The position numbers and the translations under genes are program-made. A stretch of DNA of 63,868 nt, counting the filler, from Reclinomonas americana ATCC 50394 (taxonomy: Eukaryota): the NCBI GenBank assembly GCA_048213135.1. It is 8 parts of 3 records of this genome, joined end to end, with 100 filler letters (N's around TTAATTAATTAA, not from the genome) between each part and the next. Parts side by side here need not be neighbours in the genome. Positions count along the whole stretch, not along the records: positions 14,627 to 42,017 come from PS015050.1; 7 more parts are not named here. One strand, given 5' to 3'. Shown here in pieces: positions 23,194 to 35,886 of this stretch. The notes under the pieces are model-generated. The model did not search any database. It was not told the DNA's origin and worked only from the letters and a program-made list of their open reading frames with translations. Positions within the stretch are counted from its first letter, which is position 1. The number at the start of each line of letters is the position of its first letter.

Positions 23194-26100
23194 GACGCCA
23201 AGTCACGTTGTTCGACGGCTGTTGTTGGCGGACGGATCGCTTGATGTAGTCGCCGGCTTGCCTGGTACAAGTGGGTTGGCAGATGGCACTGTCAGCGATT
23301 CGCGGCTGTCGTCTCCGGTGTGTGCGCGCAGTGCTGTCCTTTCGCTGCCCACGTTCCTCATTCAGTCCCTCATCGTTCACTCCAAACTCTGCTAGCGTGG
23401 CCTTGCTTTTGACTTGATGCGTGGACGACTGCTTGTCGCTGGTGCGTGTATCCTTTTCCGTCGCGCCTCGTTTGGTCGTCGTCGAGACTGACTTGCTGCT
23501 CCATCAGACACAGGAAATGCGAAACTGCGGCTAGTCGCGCTCCCAGCAACCACGGTCGCTGCCTCTCCGTCCACAGCAGCAGGCGATTCGCAGCTGGTGA
23601 CGTTTTCTGCGACAGTTTCGCAGTTGATGCCGGCGACGATATACTACGTGCGTGCGACGGCATCCACACCAGCACTCTCCGGCACCGTGGCTTCCATGAC
23701 CACCGCCGCAGGTATTTTCCTCGCGCTGTGAAGATGAGGTACTCAGTTGAGCTCGCTCTCTCACTGCGGCTTACTCCATCAGCACCCACTTGGATCGCAC
23801 CCAGGGTCACGCTGTCGAAAAACTCGCTGAATCTTGCGCTTACGACCGCCGACTTCAGCGCGCTTGTGAATCCTCGAAACGGATTCCCTGTTCGGGGCAC
23901 CGTGCAGGTGTCAATGTCGCCAGATGCGTTTGGTGATGCTCCGCTGGTGTCGACCTTGAAAAGTGTCCCGCGAGCCCCGGCACCTCCGTCGGATCCCGCT
24001 GCAGTAATCGGCTTTATGGTTGGTGGTCGAATTATCTCGACTGCCGTTGAGACTGTGTGTGCCAACCTCTCAGTGCTACCTGCAGGGTTTGACTGTTGAC
24101 GGGAGCGGTAACGTCCTTGTGGCTGATGCGAGGTGATTCGCGAGTTGACTCGCTCACACTTCATGCGAAGCTGGCAGATTTCTTTGTTGTGTGTGTGTGT
24201 GTGTGTGTGTGTGCGCAGCATGTTGTACTCATCTCACTTATCTCTGTTCTCGCCTCTCAGGGACCACGTTGTTCGATCCGTTTCGGCCATCGGAGTTGAG
24301 ACGATTCTCGTCGGTCAGATTGGCGTTGCCGGCTTTGTCGAAGGCGCGCCGACCAGTGCTCTCTTATCCAGGTCTGTGATTCACTCTGTGCGCGCGAAGC
24401 AAAGCTAAAGGACACTGCTGACTTTGGGTCTCCCACACAGTCCGACTTCTGTTGGGATCGACCGCGAGACAGGAGATGTTTTCATTGTTGATGTATGTAG
24501 CAGTTGTTTGTCTCTCATCTGGGTGCCATACATGCGCGCCTCTCAACCCTGAGCACAGAGCGGCAACAATGCCATCCGCAAGCTATTCGCTGGTGTGCTT
24601 TCTACCCTGGCGGGCTCTATTGTCGGCACAGCTGGTCACAATGACGGCATTCGCAACAACGCGCGATTCACGCAGCCACGTGGTATCGCTGTGGATTCGC
24701 TCGCCGATCGTGAATGCCTGTTTGTCACCGACTCTTTGCATACCGTGCGGTGAGTTGCTGGCGTCCGTTCATGCAGACCGCTTGTGGCGTGCATGCACAC
24801 GCACACTGATTGTTGTTGTATGTGTGTTTGTTTGTGCTAGTCGTGTGTCTCTCCGAGGACTTGTGACCACCATCGCCGGTTCGGTCGGTATCCCGGGCAG
24901 TACAGACGCCGTAGGCACTGGCGCCTCATTTCATTCGCCGATCGGTCTCGCCCTGGACTCGAATCAGAACGTGCTCTTTGTCGCCGACACCGGCAACCAC
25001 ATCGTGCGCAAAATTGTGCTGGCCAGCTTGGCGGTCACAACAGTGGCCGGTCAGTTGTCGTCGCCCGGATATACTGATGGTGCTCCGGGTGTTGCCTTGT
25101 TCCGCGATCCGATAGGAGTGGCATTCGATCATCTCTCTGGCTCTCTGTTTGTTGTGGAGGTGAGCTGGTTTGGTGTGCTGGAGGCGCTCGTCAACAAGCG
25201 TGAAGATTTACGTCGTTTTCGAATTCTGTCGTGCCAGGCCGGCAACCACACGGTGCGGGTCGTTGCGGCATCCGGGAGTGTGAGCACACTTGCAGGTTCA
25301 CCAGCTTGGCCCACCGCCACCGACGGGTCACTCACCTCTGCGTCGTTTCCAACACCGGTACAATCTGGCGTGCATTCTTTCAGAAGCCTACGATGAAACT
25401 GTCTAATCTTCACTACGATTTCCACTCTGCAGCACGGCGTAGTTGTCGAGGGCTCCACCATGACACTGACGACGAACGATGTTGTCACTGGTGACAGTGC
25501 CATCCGAATTATCACGCTGCCACCGACCCCATTTGTCACCTCACCCGCCACTGCCACTGGATCCTCTACGCGCTCCCTGCCAGCTAGCGTCGCGTTAGCT
25601 TCGGGCTTGTCGTACACATATCGCGGAGTGGACCTGAACTCGCCTTTTCGGTCGTCTACTGTCTCGGTCACCACGAATTTCGGTGGGCCAATTTAGTATT
25701 TTGTGACTGTGGAAGCCTTCTGACTGCTAACTTTCGAGGGCCCATCTCAGTGACTTCGTTGACCACCGATACCGCCACCAATGTCGATGTGAATTCGGCC
25801 ACGTTGACAGGCGCTGCCACACGCACAGATATTTTGGCCGGCTTTTTTAAATTCGAGGTGGCCACGTCAGCTGATTATTTCGGTAGTGGTGTGGCCACTG
25901 TGTCCACTCTAGCTGGGCCATCGGCAGTGGACAGCAGCCTGTCATTATCGTCGCCCATGGTCTGTTGTTCTTTGTTGTCTATTGTGGCCAGGCTCGCGAC
26001 TTACCCGAATTGTGATTGCCGATCACAAAAAGGGCGTGGTCGTGGACTGGACCTCAGGTCGCATTGTCGTCTGTGATACGGGGTGCATTTCTGCGTGTAT

Positions 26101-26948
26101 TCTGCCCCTTGCGCTGTTGCCGAGTCGGACTCATTCTCCTTCNNNNNNNNNNNNNNNNNNNNNNNNNNNNNNNNNNNNNNNNNNNNNNNNNNNNNNNNNN
26201 NNNNNNNNNNNNNNNNNNNNNNNNNNNNNNNNNNNNNNNNNNNNNNNNNNNNNNNNNNNNNNNNNNNNNNNNNNNNNNNNNNNNNNNNNNNNNNNNNNNN
26301 NNNNNNNNNNNNNNNNNNNNNNNNNNNNNNNNNNNNNNNNNNNNNNNNNNNNNNNNNNNNNGTGCAGCAACCACGTGATTAGGTCAGTGGGTACGGATGG
26401 CAGCGTGAGCACGCTGGCCGGCACTCTCGGTGTCTCGGGCTCGTCAGACGGTCCTTTTTCTGCAGCCAGTTTCTCTCGGTGCGTAGGTCGCAGAGCGTGA
26501 TGCCGACGATGAACTGCATATCTGATCGCGTTTTTCGCAGACCGTTTGGCGTGGTTGTGGACGCACGCAATGGGGACATTCTTGTCACCGAGGTGCGCGA
26601 ATTCGAAGCCATATTCTTGGCGTCTGTGCGCATGTAGTCATTGATGTTGTGTTACTTGTAGGATGGCAACCACAGCCTTCGTCGTCTGTCGGCGAGTCAA
26701 GTTTCCACAGTGACGACTGACTTTCAGGCTCCTCGAGGAGTGGCAGTCGCCGAGTTTGCCGGTGGCGAGTTCTATGTGGCCGATGCTGCGCTGCATGTTA
26801 TCCTGTGCGTTTTACGCCCTGTGGGGCGCCACCCTTGTTGCATCACCTGTCTCATCAGCTTTGTGTCGCAGTCGCACCTCCTCCAGTGGGCTTGTAAGCG
26901 TGCTGGCTGGTACTCGAGGGAGCAGCGGATACGCAGATGGTGTTGCCA
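23194..26948 (+). CDS. NHL-repeat/FN3-like giant protein, central exons
   Basis: Repeated units VxTLAGxxGxxGxxDGxxxxAxFxxPxGIAxD...LFVADTGNHxVR, with many short GT-AG introns. Confidence 0.9.
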
Positions 26949-26968
26949 NNNNNNNNNNNNNNNNNNNN

Positions 26969-28149
26969 CACCACGTGCGCTCTGTTGGGCGTGACAAGGA
27001 TTCAGTGAATGATTGTGAGGATGCGCGAGTAAACATGACGCACTGATAGTCGGTGACGAAGAACGTGCCGGTGCTTGCATCCAATGCCACGCCCTAATTT
27101 TTCATCAAACAAAAGGAAAGGGATGTTATGACACGCTTACCGGCAACGAAATTCCTCGCAGCGTGAGCCTGACGCACCCTTGGACTCGGGAATGCCCCGC
27201 TGCTGGGAGCAACCAGGGTGGACAGGACAGGCACCGAGCTGCCAATGGCGGCAGACGAGAGAGCAAAAAGAAAAGCATTGTTGGTGCCGCTAGTGTCAAC
27301 TGTCGCATTCAGCACAGCACTTGTTGAGGTGATTGACGACGCGGCCAGCGTGCTCACACCAGGTGCTACGATGCAAGGAAGTGGGTTCCAACTTTCAACT
27401 CCACATGGGCTGTCAGACTTGCTCACGAACCCGCACTCGTGGTAAACTGGCTTGACTGGGGACGAGCCGACAAGTCGGAGAGGCTGACTAACCGATACGA
27501 ATATGTCGTCGACGGCAACAACTGCAGCGCAGTCACAGAACCCGAATAGCTGGTGGCATTACCACCGCTACTGGAAGGGCTGAAGGCGGTCGCGTCGGGT
27601 GGGATGGTGACAAGTCGTATGCGTGAAGATCCAGCATCTGACACAAGCACACACGGTAAACATTCTTATCTGGATCGAAGAGATCACCACTGCACGAACG
27701 CACCGGAAACAAAAAGAGCGCCGTGCACGGCTGACATCATGCCTGGTACACTGAATCTGGCATTAACGCCGGAGCCGTCGACGACAGCTCCGGCTGCGGA
27801 GGATGTTCCTGCAACAACTATTAACTGACTACCGGAGAGATAGCGGATGCAATTGTTGCCCGTCTGCAAGTCGCAATCTTCAGCTTGGGGGGTAGCAGGA
27901 GGGAGATCAGATGAGACGCAACATCAGCCACGAATATAGTCCGCGCATCTGGGTAAACAACGACGCCGGTTGGGTTGTTCATGAGATAGTCAGTTGCGCC
28001 AGACATGCCGGGTTGTCCAGCATAGACAAAAACGTCAAGGGTGCTCAGGTCCACCGCGCGGATCACGTGATTGCCGCTATCGGCCACCAGCAGGATCCTT
28101 TCTGTCGAATGTAGCGCGATTCCAGTTGGTTGATTAAACGAGGCCGCGG
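26969..28149 (-). CDS. NHL/FN3 protein segment. Inverted contig that continues the reading frame from 26948.
   Basis: AASFNQPTGIALHSTERILLVADSGNHVIR, LQLLPSTTYSYRL and VSTLAASSITSTSAVLNATV. Confidence 0.88.
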
Positions 28150-28628
28150 NNNNNNNNNNNNNNNNNNNNNNNNNNNNNNNNNNNNNNNNNNNNNNNNNNN
28201 NNNNNNNNNNNNNNNNNNNNNNNNNNNNNNNNNNNNNNNNNNNNNNNNNNNNNNNNNNNNNNNNNNNNNNNNNNNNNNNNNNNNNNNNNNNNNNNNNNNN
28301 NNNNNNNNNNNNNNNNNNNNNNNNNNNNNNNNNNNNNNNNNNNNNNNNNNNNNNNNNNNNNNNNNNNNNNNNNNNNNNNNNNNNNNNNNNNNNNNNNNNN
28401 NNNNNNNNNNNNNNNNNNNNNNNNNNNNNNNNNNNNNNNNNNNNNNNNNNNNNNNNNNNNNNNNNNNNNNNNNNNNNNNNNNNNNNNNNNNNNNNNNNNN
28501 NNNNNNNNNNNNNNNNNNNNNNNNNNNNNNNNNNNNNNNNNNNNNNNNNNNNNNNNNNNNNNNNNNNNNNNNNNNNNNGTCGATTCAGTGTGTTGTCGGT
28601 GCGCTGCCTCCGCTCATTCGTCGTGCAG

Positions 28629-31030
28629 CAATCACAAGATTCGGCGAATGAGTTTGAGTGGCCTGGTGTCGACGATTGCCGGCACTGGTCAGCCCGGAGC
28701 CTTGGATGGATCCGTTTCATCAGCCATGTTTTCGAGGTATGCCGAGATTCCTCGAGGGCATTTCAGTTGTTGCCACTCTTAAACCCGTGCGACACGAGCA
28801 GTCCCACAACCGTTGCCGTGCACCAAGCCACCGGCGACATTTTTGTCGTGGAGGTTTGATGGCTCGATCTCTCACAGCGTGCATCATCATCATCGTCTCA
28901 TGAGATGTGCCTCCAGGACGGTAACGGGGATGTAAGGCGCATCAGTGGCGCCACAGTAGATACCCTGTCGATGGATCTAAATTTGTCTGCACCTCGCGGA
29001 TTGGCCATCACCGCAAGCCAGCTGATGTACGTGGCCGACAGCGGCCACCACACTATTTTGTACGTACTGGTCACACACACGCAATTCGTGCACCATCTGC
29101 TGTGAAGTAGGTTGTCACCATGCTGCACTTCCCAGGTCTGTGACACTAGTCGGTGCAACGCAAGTTGTTGCTGGCGCGTCCGGTTCAGCTGGTAGTGCAT
29201 ATGGCACGGGTTCCGCTGCGCGGTTCAATACGCCTAGCGCAGTGGCACTGGCGAGTGCAGACACGCTACTGTACGTTGCAGACACTGGTAACCACACTAT
29301 TCGAAAAATCGAGCTGTTCTCCACCTATGTTTCTACACTTGCTGGGTCCCCTGGCAGCGCCGGCTCTGTGGATGGGGCGGCGACCAGTGTGGCACGATTC
29401 AGCAGTCCGGCGGGTATCACCGTCGGTTATGATGGCGTGGTTTACGTTGCAGATGTTGCGTCACTGTTCGACCCATTTCCTGCAGTAGAGCCGAGAGACT
29501 CAGCCGCGTGCTGTCGCAGACAAATAATTCCACCATTCGGCAAATCGACGTCACCAGAGCGCAAGTCAGCACCTTGGCCGGCTTGGCTACAGTACCAGGC
29601 GCCGCTGATGGATATGCTGGGTCATCGCGACTCAATTTGCCGGTATGCATGATCAATGTCTTGCCAGAGGCCTTCCCGCAGAATTGCTAACCAGGGTGCT
29701 CACTCACAGAATGGCGTGGCCTGGATTCGAGGGGGCCTGTTTGTGGCTGGTGCTGCTCGTAGAAGTCGACGCTCTGCATGCACTAGCGTTCATTCTCACC
29801 CTCTCCTCCCCCTTTTGGCAGATTCGAGCAACCACACCATTCGTATTCTCGCACTCCAATCCTGGCGCCTGAGTGCCATGCCACCCAGCAGCTCTGTAGC
29901 GACTCGTATCGCATCGTTGACCACGTCGCTGTTTCCATCTGCGACGTACTATTATCGCGCCACCAACGTCGTATCAGCACGAGGCTTGATTGTTGCTTTT
30001 TCCACTCGCTCACCGCTCCAGTCTGTCAGTTGCGCACGATGACCACCCTGTCCTGTCTGTGTATTGCTTTCCCTGACGGGTCTTCTCCCGCATCATAGCC
30101 GCGGGAATTGTGAGCACGCTGCCTGTTGGAGATGTCACTGTCTCCAGTGCCACTCTGGTCGGCAGGGCGCAATCCAGTGGCGTGACTCCGAGGTTTGAGC
30201 TGTCGACTTCGCCGTTCGACGCACAGCCGGTGGTGGCGACCCTAGCTGGGACACCCGGTTCCTCCAACTCCGCCGACGGCGTGGGACCGGCGGCACGATT
30301 TGGCGGGCCAGCTGTTGCGTTCTTCTTTTCCTCCCTCAGCTACGAGCAGGGTAACTGATGCCCGTGTCCTCTTACAGGCTGGCGCCGCCGACGACATTGG
30401 CAACGTCTTCATCCCGGATTCGGAGTGAGTGCCCGAAAAGCACAGCGTGCATCACTTGTACTATCTCACTTACGCATGTCACTTTAGCGCCCAGACAATC
30501 AGAAAGATCAGTCCCGGAGCCGTCGTGTCAACAATCGCCGGGGTGTACAACTTTCAAGGCCTGCTAAACGGACCAGCGGCGTCTGCCTTGTTCCGCTAGT
30601 CCGTGTCACCGCTCGCAAGCCGTTGTTTCGGTGCACAGATATGCTAACTGCTGTCTGTCGCAGCCCGAATGCAGTGGCGGTGGATCCCCTTGGAACGGAG
30701 GTGTACATCGCTGACAAAGTTACTCGCACGCTAAGCTCAGGATTCAATTGATGCCCGTTGTGCTCAAGCTCTCTTACCGCAGAGCAACGACGTTGTGCGA
30801 AAGCTTATTGACGGGCAAGTCACCACGCTGGCCAGTGGCCAGTTCTCTGGTCCGCAGGGTATCGCAATTGACTTCACTGCTCGTGTGGCCTATGTTACCC
30901 ATCAAGGACCTCTACGGTTCGGCCCCACATGCCTGCAGTTGTTTTCGCTAATAGCCTTGCCGAACACGCGAGTCTTGTAGGCGCATCAACATCGATAATG
31001 GAAATATCACAACTCCAACAGTAACGTCCA
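28629..31030 (+). CDS. NHL/FN3 protein, distal exons, 3'-partial
   Basis: ARFNTPSAVALASADTLLYVADTGNHTIRKI, LFPSATYYYRA and VVATLAGTPGSSNSADGVGPAARFGGP. Confidence 0.9.
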
Positions 31031-32350
31031 CCGTGGCTCTGACCACGCAGTTGTGGCAAGTTGTCTTTGACAAGCTGCGCGGTTTCCTGTTCGTANNNNN
31101 NNNNNNNNNNNNNNNNNNNNNNNNNNNNNNNNNNNNNNNNNNNNNNNNNNNNNNNNNNNNNNNNNNNNNNNNNNNNNNNNNNNNNNNNNNNNNNNNNNNN
31201 NNNNNNNNNNNNNNNNNNNNNNNNNNNNNNNNNNNNNNNNNNNNNNNNNNNNNNNNNNNNNNNNNNNNNNNNNNNNNNNNNNNNNNNNNNNNNNNNNNNN
31301 NNNNNNNNNNNNNNNNNNNNNNNNNNNNNNNNNNNNNNNNNNNNNNNNNNNNNNNNNNNNNNNNNNNNNNNNNNNNNNNNNNNNNNNNNNNNNNNNNNNN
31401 NNNNNNNNNNNNNNNNNNNNNNNNNNNNNNNNNNNNNNNNNNNNNNNNNNNNNNNNNNNNNNNNNNNNNNNNNNNNNNNNNNNNNNNNNNNNNNNNNNNN
31501 NNNNNNNNNNNNNNNNNNNNNNNNNNNNNNNNNNNNNNNNNNNNNNNNNNNNNNNNNNNNNNNNNNNNNNNNNNNNNNNNNNNNNNNNNNNNNNNNNNNN
31601 NNNNNNNNNNNNNNNNNNNNNNNNNNNNNNNNNNNNNNNNNNNNNNNNNNNNNNNNNNNNNNNNNNNNNNNNNNNNNNNNNNNNNNNNNNNNNNNNNNNN
31701 NNNCGTTCTCGTTCCCATGTTCTCTGCCTTGTTTCCACACTAATTACCTCAGTCACCGAGCCGCTGCTCAACGCCGGCACACAGCTCGGACTAGCAGACA
31801 GACCAACGGCCGTCGGCTCTTGGCACTTCATCGTCTTCTCGTTGTTCTTGCTCTCCTCCAACTTCTTCCTCCTCCAGCTCCCCAGGCCACATCTTTCTCA
31901 TTCGCTCCTTTCTTCCTCCTCCTTCACATCGTTCTTCTTCGTGCCAGCTTCTTCCTCTTCTTCTTTCCTGCCTCCTTCTCCTCGAGCTCCTCCTCCTCCT
32001 CGTTCTTTTATCTTCGTGCTTTCTCTCTTCCTCCTCCAGCTTCTTCCTCTTCTTCTCTTCTTCCTATTCTCCTCCTCCACCTCCTCCTCCTCCTCCTCCT
32101 CAGCTTCTCCTCCTCTCCCCCTCCTTGCTTCCTCCTCCTTTATTCTCCTCCTCCTCTCTCTTCCTCTCTCGCTCCCCTCTCCTTCCCTCCCTCCTCCCTC
32201 CCTCACACAACTGAATCGCCGCCTCATCCATACACAACGCCTGCAAGATGCTTCCACTTGCATTCTCCAGCGGATTCGCAGTCACCGTTGTCGAGCTGGT
32301 CAGCGGCGTCTGTGCAAAGTCAAACCTACAAACGCACGGTGAGACTCATA

Positions 32351-32395
<45 letters not shown>

Positions 32396-32728
32396 AGCAC
32401 GCAACGCAGTCGCCGAGAGCACACCCTCATGAGTGACCAGTGTGCGAGCCAACGAACGACTCCACGACGACACTTGCGCGTGCACCTCGTGCGCAGTGGG
32501 GAAGAGCACACTCACTTGCAGCTCAAACTGCAGCAAGTGTCGCACAAGAGCATTCATCTCTCTCACACTCCTCACGGTTGTTCGAAATCGGAACTTCTTG
32601 TCCGTCTGTTGTCTGTCACACTAAAAACCAACAAAAAGTCTTTTACGCATCATGTTGCACAGAGAGAGAGACAGAGAGAAAGAAAGAGGCCATCGATTGC
32701 AGAGAATAAAAAAGGAAGCAAAACATCA

Positions 32729-33635
32729 TCATCGAGACTGTCGTCGCACGAGTGACTTGGGTGTCAGCGAGCCAATGGAGGCCGAGGGACCTGTCGGCCC
32801 TGGCGACCGTGACTTGCGCTGGCTGGCACTGACCAGTGCGTTGGCGTCGACGCCGCTGCCGTTGCTGAGACCGGATGGGCTGGCGGTGCTGCCTCCGCCG
32901 CTCTGGTACACGCTGGCGACCAGAGTGGGTGAGAGACGCATGGGTCCACCTCCAGCTGCTGCAGGACTGCGGGCCGACGAGAGGGGCGAGCGAGAGGTCT
33001 GGCGAGCCACCACACTCGTGCCGACTCCACTGCCACGCACGCCTACGGTGGGCGAGTGTGGCCGCGAGTTGCGCGGTGAAGGGTTGCCAGAGTCCGGTCG
33101 CGAGTGCGATCTTGACGACGGCCGCGAGTTGGTCGGCGTCCTCGACAGCGGGCTGCGCACCGGGCTCATGCTGGTGGTGAGGCCGGAGGCACGCTGGTGC
33201 ACGTAGACTTGGTCCACCAGGTGCTTCTTTTGCGTGCGGAGGGTGGAGCCCTGGGGAGGGGAGAAAGAGAGATATTTAGAATAAGGAGAACAAAGGCAAA
33301 TGAATAACACTTCAAAAGTCTCTCTAGAGGCAATCACTCACTGTTCCTCACGCACACAGTGAGAAGAGAGCGAGAAAGAGAGAGAGACAAACTCCAAGCA
33401 ACAGACTCACAATCAGAAAGCCTGTGCGCGTGCGTGCGAGAGAGACGAGCGAGGAGAGAGACAGCCACACAGAGAAAGGGGCTGAACACACGCATCAGGT
33501 GCACCCGCAGAGAAGAGCGCGGGACAGAGAAGAGAGTGTGAGGAAGACAAAACTTAAAGCAGATAGAAAAATTGAAACCGGCACACACAGAGAGCAACAA
33601 AGACACCGTCAGAGAGACAACGTGCTCGCGCGACA

Positions 33636-33670
<35 letters not shown>

Positions 33671-34699
33671 CGACGAACACGACAGACTGGCAGATAGACT
33701 ACCAGAGACACAGATGTATAATACACACCGGCACAAGACACACGCAATTGCACAAAGAATTAATGTGCGCAAGGAGGAGACGGAGAGAATGGCAGACAAA
33801 CTACAGACACTCAAACAGAGCAACAGAGGCGCAGCAAGAGAGACAACATGCTTGACGACACAAGCAGAGACACAGACAGATCACTGAAACTGTGCAAAGT
33901 GAATGGCAGACAAACACCAGCAACACACCTGCACAAACAAGGCAAAGAGCAGAGAAAGACAGCCACTTCCCGCCTCCTCCCTTTCCCTATCCCCTCCCTT
34001 CCCCCTTGTCCCCTCCCACGCACCTGCTTCATGTACGCCTTCTTCAGCGCATCCACCTGCTCCTCCAACAACGCATACCGCGCCTCCGCCTCCTTCACAA
34101 ACACCACATTACGGTCGTGCTTGCTGGTGACGGTCGCCAGTTGCTCCTTGACCATCTGCAGCTCCATGTCCTTCTGACGCAGCAAATGGTCGCGCTCCTG
34201 AATCACGTCCTCCAGCGGCTGCAACACCACGCGCATCTCCGCAATGCGGAACTCGTACGTGGCGATCTTCTCCAACAACTGCCGCCGATCCTCCTCGTTC
34301 TTAAGGGCCAGCGCCGCCGCCTGCTCCTCTTGACCGCGCAGTTTCGCGTTCAGCTCCGCCACCTCGCTCTCCAGCGACACGATTTGTGCCACCTTTTGTG
34401 AGGTGAGCTCCTTGGCGCTGGCGCACGTGTCCGTCATGGCCGACAGGCGGGACATGAGGTCGTTGATTTCGTGGGACAGTCGGTCCTTCTCCGCCTTGTG
34501 GACCTCCTGCGAAAGAGAACGAAGAAATGAGCGAGAAGGAACGATGCAAAGGAAAAGACAGAGAGAGAAAAAAAGAAAGAAATAGGAGAACAATAATGAG
34601 AAAGAACAGGGGAAGACGAACAGAGGGAGCAATCGAGCAGCGAAAGGAGCAGAACATGAAGAAGGAGAAGGTGCAAAGAAGACGAACAGAGCGAGAGGA

Positions 34700-34762
<63 letters not shown>

Positions 34763-35753
34763 ACACGAGACACATTTGCATTCTCGACAAGAGTACCGCT
34801 TCTCAAGGAAACAGCAATAAAAACACACTCTCTCTCTCCCTGCCTCCCTCTCCCTTCCCCGACTGCTTTCTCCCTTTCCCTCATCACTCACATCCTTGCG
34901 TCGCAGCCGCTCATTAATATCATCATCGATGCGCGCAAACCGCTCCTGCGCCTCCTTCTGGAAGCCCTTGAACTTGGCGTCCACCTTCTCCGTCTCGCGC
35001 GTCTGCAGCTTCAAGTTGCTCTCCGTCTCCTGCAACTTGGCCGCCAACTCACGATTTTGGTTCTCCAACTCGTGCGCTCGCAGCGTGTCGCCACCGCGGT
35101 GCTTGCGGAAGGCATTCAGCTCGTGCGTCATGTCTGTGCCACTCAGTCAATGATAACGAAAGAAACAAAGACTCTTTTCCACACACACACACACCTATCG
35201 CGCGCTTCTCCGCAGCCGCCACTTGCTGCTTCAGCTCGTCGTTCTCCTTGCGCACGTCATCCAGCGACCATGTGATCGTGTTGATGCGCTCCTCTAGACG
35301 ACCGACCGTGGTCGCACCCTCCTCCAGACGCTCCTTCAGCACGTGATTCTCCTGCTCGAGTGCTGCGCGCTTTTCCACAATCTGCGAGCAAAAAAAGGGA
35401 GCACGATGATGAGCAGCATGAAAATGAGAGCAAGGAAGGGACAGGACAACCTCATGAATATCACGGAAATGAGACGAGACATCTCTCTCCCACACTCTCA
35501 GAACAGAACACGCCAAACCATCAGTTTCTCTCATACAGTCAGAGAACACAGTCCAGACATTCTCTCGTGAACACAGACCAAATATTCTCTCATTCTCACA
35601 CTGTACCATCGCAAGCCAACAAAGATCGCAGAAACGCACAGACACATCAATGACGTTTAACACAAACGCACTCCTCCTTCCCTTCTCTGCTTCAGTGAAA
35701 CCCACACATAATAACACACACACACACGCACACACAACAAGATATCCTCGCTA

Positions 35754-35838
<85 letters not shown>

Positions 35839-35841
35839 GAA

Positions 35842-35886
<45 letters not shown>

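Noticed and set aside
31743-32624. Possible 3' exons of the NHL/FN3 gene, including a transmembrane segment
   Set aside because: The hydrophobic translation derives from CT-rich low-complexity DNA, and no consistent spliced frame could be established.
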